This document shows, piece by piece, positions 29,078-40,720 of a DNA stretch of 64,000 bases (the stretch's first letter is position 1; every line of letters starts with the position of its first letter). Made by a program: the position numbers and the translations under genes. Origin of the DNA: Anthoceros angustus (taxonomy: Eukaryota; Plantae; Anthocerotophyta); the NCBI GenBank assembly GCA_010909165.1, contig MU008190.1, positions 590,175-654,174 on the forward strand, written 5' to 3'. The notes under the pieces were generated by a model, which was not told the DNA's origin, did no database searches, and saw nothing but the letters and a program-made list of their open reading frames with translations.

Positions 29078-29989
29078 AGTCGCTGAGGTCCTGGGACCTA
29101 GTTTGGACGCGAGTTAGATCTGCTGGCTTCTGTTGCAGCTTCCTACGCCCCTGCTTCCCATTCTGAGGAAGGTGACATCCACTAATTCCAAGGGTAAGTC
29201 CTGGCTCGTAGAATCAGCCAACCCAGACCAAAGTCAGCATCGTGCTCACGAAAGGATCCAGCATGCTATGCATTGCCGCAGCGAAAACAGCATTCAATGT
29301 TAAGGTGCGATTAAGACTTACAAATGGAGCTGTATTCTCGCGGGCACCCCCCACCGCGCCCAGTGGCGCTGTCACATTCTCCAGGACTCCAGGACTCGAG
29401 CTGTAATTGGGAGCCCTAGGTGCTCTCTTCACGGATGATCGAACGTGACTGGGTTCAGGAACGCGAGTGTCATTTTCCTTAACCCTTAACCGTCTAGGGT
29501 CTCGAGACTTTGGACCTATTTGTTTTACCATAATTAATTCATAAAAATTTTAAATTTTATTATTATCATAGCTTTTGGTCCACGCCAAGGCGCATCTACC
29601 TATGCCCAGGTTTCCAAGATTAGGCACCTTGAAAAGCCATTGAATCACCCTCAGAAGGTAGGAGAAGAGCTGTACCACTGGCGACGAGGAAATGAAACGG
29701 AAGGCAGGGTTGAACTGCGAAGAGCAAGGGGAGTGGCATGGCCGTAGACCCTCCCAGTGATACGTCCACTCTCTCTCTTGACTGCTCTTGAGTGACCGTT
29801 CCGATTTAAAATGCATTACCACTAAGTTCTCTCTTGCCCATTGTTGCTTGCACACATTTTCAGGAAAAATAAGATTTAATGATAACTTGTTTCGTAGCTA
29901 CAAGTCCACCTCGCGAGGAACTTGTCTTCGATAACACTTCCATCTTGATATGTGGATATCTTGCTTACGATGCATTTTCGCCTTGGCTA

Positions 29990-30745
29990 GGTCCATCCTC
30001 TCGCTTGCTCTCTTTCAACTTGTAGCTACGGAGCCCCTCTCGATGACTTTGGGATGCACTTGGCTCGCTGTCCCGCGGGTGGGCAGCGTATCAATACACA
30101 TGACACCATCCGGGACCTCATGTTCTCTATTGCTAGGGAAGGCGGGTTCCTTCCATTTAGGGAGCGCCCTTATACCTTGCTCAACGGGGTCTCACTTAGG
30201 GCAGACCTATTTTTGACCCGGGGGATCAGGTTTCGGTTGCTGATGTGGTGGTAACGGATCCCACCCGGGAGAGTGTCTTCGAACATGTTATTCTTAACCC
30301 TCCAGTTGGGCGGAGGGATGCAGCCAAGGTCCACAAGTACTCTCCTATGCAAGTAGCCACGCCTTTGTCCCCTTGCCATTGAGACTCACGGAGCCATGGG
30401 CAAGGATTTCTTTAGGTTCAAGGCTGCGCCAAGGCTTATCATAGCCGCGAAATGGGGTTGGCCTCCCTTTCTTGTATTGTTGCTTTCTTGAGAGGGGTTT
30501 CCATAGCTCTGCAAAGGCGTTATTAACGTGCATAGAAACAACGAGTGCGGGAGATGCAGCTTCTTCGACACTGGTGGTAAGTAGGCCTTTTCACATGCCT
30601 GACCACGAAGTTCTTCGGGCGGTTGGTGGTTTTGAAATGCGTTATCGTGGGGGCTAGTCCCCCTGGCATGGTGCCCTTCGTTGGGTTTTTCCCCTTTTGT
30701 TTTAGGGGTGGATGGGTTTTTCCCATCTCTTTATTATAATAAAGT
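29990..30745 (+). mobile_element. 5'-truncated non-LTR retrotransposon with restriction-like endonuclease (CRE-like)
   Basis: HLARCPAGGQRINTHDTIRD (Zn knuckle), RADL..ADVVVTD and PLAIETHG motifs; ends near TTATTATAATAAA. Confidence 0.75.
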
Positions 30746-31075
30746 CTTCTTTCTCGATATCTTACTTGCCAAATCTACGTCTTTACTACCTGAGAGATCT
30801 GTAGTGAGTGGCAAGAGAGAGAACCTAATCTTGGGAAGACCGAGATGGGGGATGTGGCTGGTGGCCGGTGTGTGCGAGGACGGGCGTCCTCTGGTTGCCC
30901 AGAAGAATTGTAGGGTTTTCTGCCATGCGTCCACTGCTGGCAACCACTCAAGGAGGGGCTTCGCATGTCTTGCTACGCGTCCACTGGTGGCAACCATTTA
31001 AAGAGGGGTTTCACATGTGCAACACGGACTGCGTGACCGCCACTTAACACATGGGGCCCAATTTTATGAACTCAG

Positions 31076-31238
31076 TTAGAAAAGTGTAGATAGAAGCTTG
31101 TTATCATGGCGGGTCCATTTTGTGAAGGGCCCTACCGTCTCTCTCGGTGTATCTTTCAATTAGAAAAGTGCAGATAGAAGCTTGCTATCATGGTGCGTCC
31201 ATTTTGTGAAGGGTCCTACCGTTTCTCTTGGTGTATCT
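31076..31238 (+). repeat. 83-bp tandem duplication in the intergenic region
   Basis: 'ttagaaaagtg.agatagaagcttg.tatcatgg' occurs twice. Confidence 0.88.
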
Positions 31239-31779
31239 GTCAGTCAATTTTCCTTGGATTTCTCGTGCGGACTAGCAGTGATCCATCTCCACTTGTATTT
31301 TGCCACTTGTATTTTGCACTGGAGCCCGTGCCTGGAACACTTCGAAAGAGCCCAAAGAGGCACATCCCGACTTAAACTCTTGAAGATTCCTTTCACGCTC
31401 GGAACTACAATTTTACTCCGATGAAGACAAGCATAGAAGAAGAAGAAAAATTTTATTTTAGTCCACTAAGGACATAAGCTTGTTGTAAAGCCCGCACAAT
31501 GCTTGGCACTACCCTATTTTCTCAAAATTAATTTTTGAACATAATACTTACATAAAATCAGAAACCATAATACTTGAATTTCACGGAAAATAGGTATGGT
31601 CATTTATGGGTTAATGCTCATTCTAATGGTAATGGTATGTATATGAAAGAGGAAGTGGAGACCCATCCTATGTATATAAAACGTATCTATTTACGTAAGT
31701 CTACGTCCCATACTTCCTCCTTCCATATATTTATGTATGATCACGTAAACCCTATTTCGGGGTTGTGCGCTCGAGCGTG

Positions 31780-32831
31780 ATGGCGGCTACGAGCTGCAGC
31801 AAGGTACCGGCGTTGGGCCAGCCGCTTACGTTGGCGAGCACGCGGGACTCGGTTAGCTCTCGTCTTCGGTTGCACTTGAATTGGTGCGTGCTACAGCCTT
31901 TGAGATGGAAGTTGGCCCACTCCGGCAGGCAAGCTTGCGCGCGCCAGCGGATCTGGATGGTGCTGCCCACAGGGTGAATAGAATATGTGCTTTTGCAACT
32001 CCCCGCCTCGGTGTGTTCATTGTCTTCGTTTTGGTGGGAGGAAGAGGCTTCACTTTCTGTAACGCACCACTTGCTGCGCAGGCAGCCGGATAAGAGCCGT
32101 GAGCACGCCCGCCCCTTGTGCGTGGCTCCTCCACCACATATGTCAATGGTTATGGGCACACTGACTTTTCCATATGTTTTGCGTTTGCAAACAGTCAATA
32201 ACCTCATATCTCCAGGTGGTCAGCCAGAGCTATCAAGGCATTCAGCATGGCAGAGTTGGAAGCCCGCAAATTGAAGTACCCGACCACCGGCACGGAGTCT
32301 TTGCTCCTAGGCATTCTCACTGAAGGTTGGCGTTGGCGCACGTCCATGTTTTACTGAACGCGGTTGCCCTGCTGCTCATTACTGTTTTGTTTTCAGGCAC
32401 TAGCCACGCTGCAAAGTTCTTGCGTGCAAATGGCGTCACGCTCTTCGGAGTTCGAGATGAAGCAGTGAAAATACTAGGGAAGGCGGACATGTACTTCTTC
32501 AGTCCTGAGCATCCGCCGCTTACTGATGCCGCGCAGAAAGCCCTTGATTGGGCTCTTGACGATAAAGCTAGACAAGGTATGTAGTCGCAGGACTTTTAGG
32601 TTAACCTCTCGACGTGTTCCCCGCTCCCGAAAGTTAAAGTGGGTTTAAGGCTGTGGTCCAGGTGGAGATGGGGAGGTGACAACGTCCCACATCCTCTTGG
32701 GAATATGGTCGCAGAAGGAATCCGCGGGCTACCGAGTACTTGCAGCTCTGGGACTTAAAGACGCAGAAATGGAACAGCTTTCTAACTCCCTACGCAACTT
32801 TCATCTCCTAGAGGCCTGCAAACGTTCCTGA
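31780..32831 (+). CDS. CLPT: Plastid Clp protease accessory protein ClpT (double Clp-N domain), 5 exons
   Basis: Exons 31780-31973, 32082-32117, 32216-32325, 32397-32576, 32662-32831. WSARAIKAFSMAELEARKLKYPTTGTE, GKADMYFFSPEHPPLT and ILLGIWSQKESAG closely match plant ClpT1/2; transit-peptide-like N-terminus. Confidence 0.93.
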
Positions 32832-33713
32832 ATGCACCGTCCCAATAGGTTGGACTTCGTTTCATTTTGTTGTGGAGCAACGCTTAACGTGTTCCAAAAA
32901 CTCAAAACTTCATTTGAATTCAGTTTTGACAGTTTTATGGACCAAATTTCTGATGGGCATGCCATACCGGCCACAGAGGAAATCAAGGCGCGCGCCTGGT
33001 GCTTATGCCTGGCACGGATTGCTTCGTTGTTACCTCGTTAGAATGTCGGGTACTAAGTACTTAGACCACGCCCAGCAAGTTAACCCCTGAACGCCTGGGC
33101 CTTTTTTTGGCGTGTTTTCCATCGTTATTTTTCAATATCTCAGTGGAAGAAAATCCCCTCAGCCTTATCTTTGCTTGACAATTACCACATCGTCCAAGCC
33201 TTGGATATAAGGGAAAAATGAAAAACCTCCTTTCAATGAGCCACTTTTTTACAAGAGCTAGAGGTGCCCATGCCCACGGGGAAGGGTGTGCAAGTTTGGC
33301 GATGCTCCTTGTTGAGAAAACTTGAGAGGCCAAAGACGGGACCACAACGAAGCTGCTCACAAAAATCTGGCCAGTTCTCATGCTTGAGCAATGAGCAATG
33401 AGCAACAAATTTTCAAGCAGGAAACTCCAATGGTTTCAATGGTCCACAAGGTACAAAATGGGTCCACATGGTAAAACCGCCACCTGCATGCACCACCACT
33501 ATCGTCTCACCGCTTGCACGGCAAGCGCCCGCCTCACCCGCTGCCACGCCCTCAAAAACCCGGTGGTGCCTCGCACTGCCTATAGATGGTAGTCTGGAGT
33601 ATGCTATGCTAGCTGCAGTCTGAAATGAACCCAGCTGCTAACATGCTTATTACTCACCTGTAGTTGCAATTTATGTTAGCTTGCTACTGTTACATTAGCC
33701 TTGACATGTGCAA

Positions 33714-34420
33714 CTACTGGCATGCTGCACAAAACCAATTCCCTTGAGGCACCTCCTCCGATGGGGGCTGTAAGCAGTATAAGTGAAATCCTTTATTTCA
33801 CTTGTCGAAAAGTAACATGGTATCTTCGTCTTCAGGCCTGTTGCAGATCTCACGCGGCATATCCTTGGGTGGCACCCATAGAGTAGGTTGATATCAAAGT
33901 TCAAGTCTAGTAAGTGACATGGAGCCAGATTTTTGAGATGGTCTTGCCATCTTCTTCCATCTCGTCCTTCCAAATCCACGACACCGTTGTCCTTCACTTT
34001 TACTACACGTAGGATGACTCGCCATGCTGCTACATCCAATGTGTCTACTTGTTGCTACACCAGATATACATAGGCCCCTGCTTCAAACCTACGTGCTCTA
34101 TGCTTCCAACTTCCTCCTTTGGTATATGCCTATCTGAGCTTGTCTCGATGCTGTGCAGTAACCACATTTTACATAGCCACAGGCATCACTCGTATAACAA
34201 TTCTGCTCTTCACTGAAGCTCCACCAAACATTTGTCAGCATTGTCCCAAGTCATTGGTTTTTCCATGGTTGCTTATTGCACATTGGGTAATTGTGGATGT
34301 CTTCCAAATAGAACATAGTATGGTGAGAAGTTTGCCAACGCTGCTTGCTTGCTCACTCTATAGCCTAGGACAAGATAAGGTACAACTCAGCTCGTCCCAT
34401 TCCTTGTTACCTTCTTGCTG
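33714..34420 (-). mobile_element. Gypsy integrase C-terminus with PHD finger (Selgy-like)
   Basis: LEGRDGRRWQDHLKNLAPCHL, then xEICNRPEDEDTMLLxDKxNKGFHLYCLQPPSEEVPQGNWFCAAC. Confidence 0.85.
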
Positions 34421-34429
34421 ACAGTATTT

Positions 34430-35100
34430 TCTAAGTTCTCGCTTCACTATTTGCACACGCTCAGCCCAGTACTTGCCAAGTCCATGATGGTATGCCTAGT
34501 CAGAGAGGTGGTTACATTTCTATTATATCTGTATGGTAGACATTTTGAGATAATCATAGATCATCAAACATTGCATTGGTTGATGGCAAACCCCAAGCTG
34601 GTCGGCAAGCTTGTCGAGTGGGCGATGTTGTTATAAGAGTTCAAATTTACTATTAGGCATAGAGCAAGCATAGTGTACTTGAATGCAGATGCATTGTCTT
34701 GAAACTTGATGGCCAATTTCGAGGACGTGAGCGAAGCTAGACGGAATTGGGAGAGGGAAGTGCCGAGAGCTACCAATGGTTGGCAAATAGCAGCACTGAC
34801 TATCTATGAACCAGAGGCAACCACGTACATGATGTAAGTAGACAACATTAGAGACATATGGACAGATGAGCATCTGATATAGTTTTTGAAGATTGGCACA
34901 TGGGCAAGTGAGCAAAATCACAAACAGAGGGAGCAGATCTAGCATAGGGAAAAAAGATATAAGTGGGAAAGAGGTATGTCATATTCATTACAAATCAATG
35001 GAGAGAAGCGTATAGTGCCCAAGCCTGAAGATCGAGAAGCTTTGGTTAAGAAAGTGCATCATGAGTTAGAACACTTTGGCGTGAAGCGGACGCTACAACG
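34430..35100 (+). mobile_element. Gypsy RNase H and integrase Zn-binding fragment, opposite strand to the PHD piece
   Basis: YLYGRHFEIIIDHQTLHWLM...NADALS and VPKPEDREALVKKVHHELEHFGVKRT. Confidence 0.88.
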
Positions 35101-35525
35101 GTAGATGCCTTCCTACCATGGTAGGTCCCCCACCTACGACGGTAGGTGCCCTGCCTACGATGGTAGGGTACCCTACCTATAGTGGTAGGCCCTTGCCTAC
35201 CTCGGTGGGTGTCTACCTACCCCTCTACCTGCCCTGGTAGGTCCTATACCTATGGCGGTAGGTATCTACCTAAAGTGGTAGGTTGCTTACCTACCACGAT
35301 AGGTACACCCCTACCGCTCATATTTGGCACCTACTCTCCTCACCACAAGGTCTTTTCGACCCGTTTCTTTTTCTCTAAGTATCCTCCTTGCCTTTCTAAC
35401 AATATTCTACAAATCTAGCTTCAAAAGAACCAAAAAAGTTCCGGCATGTTTCCTCCAAATCATTTCTGACCAAAAGAAGGAGGACTTGTTCCAAAACGAA
35501 CTTACTCCAAACTTTTGCGTTCCAT
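35100..35525 (-). repeat. cctacc/ggtagg-rich repeat plus reverse-complement copy of the ~53250-53400 Gypsy 3' region
   Basis: 'cttcaaaagaaccaaaaaagttccggcatgtttcctcc' is the inverted homolog of 53289-53326. Confidence 0.6.
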
Positions 35526-37635
35526 AGGAGGGTACACTAGACGATTGAACACCTATAGGCATAGGGTCAGATGAATCAGAGACTAGTAAATAGGCCTCTC
35601 CAACAGGCCTCTGAGGTTAGAACAGACTTTTTCAGCCGAAGAAAGTTACCTATGACATCTAAAGAAGCAGCTATGTATAGGACCATGATGAGTATGACTT
35701 CAGCCCACACCGTTTCATGAACATCCAAAACCAAGCACAATCACCTACAATTAACACCCCCAACTAAGATAACAAAGACAAAGATGACCCAGCCAAAAAC
35801 ATCAAGCACAAACCCACCTACAACGAACAGGCGGGATGCAAGGACAACGCGGTAAATCACCATAACTATGACAAACACAAACAACAATCAGAAACACAGT
35901 AAAAAAACATACCACAAGGAAGCCCGAGGGAACGGCCCACATACTGAGGGAAGGAGATAGGAACAATCTTAATGTTGTCGTCCACCACCGCCAACAACTT
36001 GTAAATGAAGGGACCCTGGCATTGTCACCTGCAAATCAACGCCACAATCAACAACATAAACACATACCATAACAAAGAGCATAGTGTGGACGGACTTTTG
36101 CTGATGGCCTGCCGGGCACGCACTAATCCCGTGTTGTGTACTATGGGGTTCGATCCCAAGGAAATGATCCGTTCCATTTTGCTTACTATTTGCCTACTCC
36201 GGATTCCTAATTTATCCCGTCCGCCCCTGTATCTAAAAAACCCTTCCGCCGGCATTACGAGGTGACGGCGGCTCGCCTTTTGGCGGACCGCGGGTCTATC
36301 TACTACCGTTGCAAAACGCCGCCAGCGAATCTCCTTCAGCAGGAGGGGCAGCAAGGCACTGCACTGCGGGGCCTGCGGCCGGCTATACTAGGGCGATCAC
36401 CTAGCTACATGAGCGTAGGACCAGAGGCGGAACTCGAGGTACCTTCTTACCCTTCCGACGAACTGGACCGGGTCCGTATACCTCGGATCGCCGCCTCTAA
36501 GGTTACAACCTCGAACTCACGTATTTTACCATCCGAATCACCACTTCTCACCCCCCGCTCACCTTCCTTCAGGCTTCATAAATCACACTACCATACAGGC
36601 CTGGTATGGCCAAACGTTTAAGGACTCATTCTCGTCCCAGAATCTCCTCTCACCGAAAAGTCCCTCCTGCTGCTCCACTCTCGTCACTTCCGTCTGCACC
36701 CTATAGTGCCTGATTGGGCATCGTGCATTCTATCGAAGGCCGGATTGCAGCACTTTACAATCACTTCCACCGGTTCGACCAGTCCGGGCTCTACACGCCC
36801 TAACATGATATCTTTCGAAGGGGGTGAATATTCACGAAGAGGGTTTTGCGACATACATCTTCTGAAGGGGGTTTCACATGGGTATTGAACTCGTGGTTTT
36901 TGGGGTATGGGTCAATTTAAGGCAGAAAAGAAGGGTGACAATTCGTATGAACCAGTTGATTTAAGATCCATTTCATGCCCGCCAAGGGTTATGGTGTAAG
37001 AGTTAACCTCATTTAGAAGTTTAAGACCCATGACGGCCATTGCCGCCGGGTAATCGACCGCTTTCGTTCAACAACACTAAAACTCCAAAAGAACGGTGAT
37101 CGATTTGATGATGACCAGCCGCGCAGGGGTACCAAAGGTCGAGAGGAGGACGCAGCGCCGGCATCCCTCTCCTGGCATTGCGATGATGCCTTGCGAATAG
37201 CGGAGAGTAGCAGGCCTTTAGTGGGATTTGTTTACAAATAGACTTTAGGATTGGGGTGGGGGGATGGCTTCCGCACAGTCTCAATTGTGCCCGCAAATTG
37301 TTCACATGCTTCAGCCCCCCAGACTGCAATCGATGAACTTAAAAAAGTGTGCGGCAACTAGTTCCCGCCGACATGTCGCACATAGAAACATGCCCGCACG
37401 GCTCATCGTGTGTTGCCTTTCATTATGTCAAGAATGCCGAGCGCCCACGGCCACACTCCCACATGTCCTTCGAATGTAATGGAAAAACTCTTGAACATTG
37501 GAAGATATTAACTATGTCAAGTCTACAACGGCTCAGAGGATGCCACAACCAAAATCCTATCATGGGTAGACACTTTTGAAATTTGTGCCGGGAAATGTGC
37601 ACTCCAAACTACGTGAATGGAGCTTGACGATAACC

Positions 37636-40450
37636 TCACCAATTGCCCGTCAAGAGACCCAACATTGAGTGTTTCCTACCGCCCGACTCCACGCCATCAT
37701 CTGGCTGGCCCGGCATCATGACCATCATCTTCACCGCCTCGGTTGCACTTTGACTCGCTAGTTGAATAAAGCCTCGCAATTCAATTAACTTATCCTTGAT
37801 TGCCTTTTTATCCACAGCGTACAAATGTTTCCGCGTAGTCAAGCTGAACCCATAATAGAGGATGATCGTTTGGTGAAAAAAAACTTGTTGGATATTCTTT
37901 CGATGGATAGCCTTCGCCCCCCTTCTCCCCGGGTTACTCCCAGGCTCCTTGCCATCCCCTCTGATTAAATATTCTTTCACGTACCTCCTTCAGACGCGCG
38001 TGTGTTCACCCATCAATGAACAAGGAAGTGAGGTGTGGTGTAGTTTAACACCGCCACCTTCCCAATCCAAAAGGTTATTTTGCGTTGTGTCCCGGAACCG
38101 CAACTAACATCCGATCAGATTGCGATATCACCATTCAACCGTGACATTTCTTGCTGTTGCCTCCCTCGGTTTTGGTATGCTCCTAAATACATATCTCGTT
38201 GGGGGAGCTCCCCTAGCAATGCCTCCTCCAGTAGTGCTTCATCAGGAACATGCAGAGGTTGGGTTGTACCTTCCACTTCAGATCTGGAGTACCACCTCCA
38301 CGGTTTGTGTAGCACAAAGCCAATGTTGTTTTCCACAATAACAGCAATTTCCTCTTGGTCCACCTAAAAAGCTTCCCACCATAAAAACTCACTTGATGTC
38401 ACATAAGGCCTAAGTTCCGGAAGACCGTCCTTTAGATGAGCAACGGCTCAGGATACAAGACTGCCTTTTTATCCCTTGACCGCAGGCGCCAAGGCGCAGC
38501 TTATAGTGTCCGAAGGCACAAATTTCAAAACTCCAAACCCCGCCTCCCAGGGCGAGGTCGAGTATTGCTTGCTCCTTATAACTGTCACAAACACACGGTC
38601 CGCTTTCTCTTCACGTGTTATTTTAAACTGGTGCTCGAACGATAAGTTGTTCAATCTCTTTACCGCCGCCCCCATAAGTGAGTCCTCCGCCTTGTCTAAT
38701 AGGCCACATATGACCCAAGTCCACTTCACAATATCTCCTCGTGTTGGAGTGTACGCTTGCATCAAGATCTCCGATAATGCGGGAAGGGTGTGAGCTTCTT
38801 TATGTCGCAAGCTTTTGGAGAAGCAAGAAAACATCTGGTCGATTTGATCATGAGTATGCCCGACACTGACGCTTGTACAAGGTCCATATTTCCAACTTCG
38901 TATACGTGTCGGGTAGATTGAAAACTTCCAAATTTGGAAGCCGCTCGGCCATAAACGTAAAAGCTTTGTCCATCCAAGAAATGGCATCAAGCGCATAAGT
39001 AGATTGTGCCTTCGGGTTTGGTCCGAATCCATCCCAAGGTGATTCCAGAATGAATCTGCTCTTTAGCTCCTCCTACCTCATGTGCCCAAGGCAATACACT
39101 CTTTGAAGGCCTTCAAGCGCAGAAGCATAAGAGTCGCCTCCATGACATGTGTGACCGCTTCCTTCTATCACCATGCACTCCATCCGATCAACAAGAGATC
39201 AAGAAATGTCTCCTGCTCGCTCCCCATCCAAGAAAGTGATCGCCGCCCCGAATCGCTCGCCTTTAGACACATGTTGTTGCAACAAGGCTTCTTGAAATCA
39301 TCATTGTCTCCCTTCACTTTTTCTCAACGACACTCCAGCAAGGTCTGTGAAACAATAACTGCGCTTGTCGGGGCCTTCAAAGTCTCACCGAGGCTTCGGA
39401 TGGAAGGATGCAGGTGTGTCTTGAAGTGGACCAAATCCTCGTCCCCAATGGGCCTTCATCATCCGGTGAGGCGCAGCAACAATATCCTCATGAAACAAAC
39501 CAGGCGTGGAACCATCGGTCATCTCGGGGAAGGTCACCGACATTGGGAAGAGTGAGAACGGCGCTTGATGGGCTTCCTCCAAAGCAAAGATAGCGATGCA
39601 AATTCCTAGGTGTTGGAGGAACACGCGGACATTTGGCGACGCCAAATGTCGACGCTTTCGTCATGCGCAAGAGCAATATCAATATCACCGGGATCACACC
39701 ATATGGATTTTCACAACGAGCATCATCACTACCAATCTGAAGGGAACAAATCGAACCTTCATCATCCCTACGTTTCTTCGCAATGGCAAAATGCACACGA
39801 CGTGCGCGATGATGATGCGCGTATAGCCTCTTCTCTTTTTATGTGAAGCACTCAGACATTGGGAAGGCTTGTGTTTTGCCTAGAGATTATCTTGAAAGCC
39901 GATGAATCTAGAATCGAAAAATAACTTAACTCAGAATCCGAAAACAAGACCGACGAAAGGGGAAGTCACCAAGAAAGAACTCAAACCTCTTCTCCTTCTG
40001 GCGTGTGGGTGAGGCGCAACATTGTATGCCCACGCTGCTCAAGAACCTCGAATGTGAGCGCCTCCGTGACATGGAAGAGGCGCCTCGGCCCAAAGACAAC
40101 TTTAGTAACGAGGAGAATGGACAAGGAAGATGCATAATGGCGTGTGTGCCTTAGTAGGCCTATCGCAAAGATATAAAGGACATTATTTTCCGTGTAGTTA
40201 ACGAGATCATGATGGACTATCGAGAGGTATCCAACTAGATCAGATGCCTTTTTATGGTCGATAATTATGCCTACCGCCACGAAGTCAATGTAATTATGGG
40301 TAGAGAGGAGTTTATATTAGGCATATCGAAATATGGTGTCATAAGGTAATTCAGCAAGTTTTGGGCTATAAATGCCCGGGGGGAAACCCTAATTACAACC
40401 CTCTTTCTTGCTCTGCTATGTGGCGCGCCAGGGCGCGATCCAGAGAAGTA
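37636..40450 (-). pseudogene. DUF7869/Sola1-like transposase (copy 2), internally deleted
   Basis: KPCCNNMCL, GMD..DQ, VGHTHDQIDQMFSCFS (38835-38861), LNNLSFEHQFKIT, MYLGAYQ..LNGDIA and PFWIGKV are colinear with copy 1; the DNT/ENKN segment is not found. Confidence 0.85.
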
Positions 40451-40720
40451 ACGAGGCGAGTGCATACAGTGCGGTGTTGCTCGATTTGGAGGACAATTGC
40501 GGAATTCCAGCATCCTCCCTTGGCCACGCCGAGAGAGAATTGAGCAACCGAGACAACCGAGGTTTTGAGAGGCGAAGCCATCGAACACGCATCAATCGCT
40601 TTTTTGAGAGAGGTTCGCCCTCTTCATGTGATCAGAGTGTCCCTTCCTTGCATTTCTCTCATGTGTCCGCACAGGTTCGCCAGCCGTCACGCCAGCCGAA
40701 GAGAGTCCGCTAACTTGAAG

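Noticed and set aside
39500-40230. Possible 2OG-Fe(II)/TET-JBP dioxygenase (HHD, PGD, late R)
   Set aside because: The motifs need arbitrary frame changes and are not evident in copy 1
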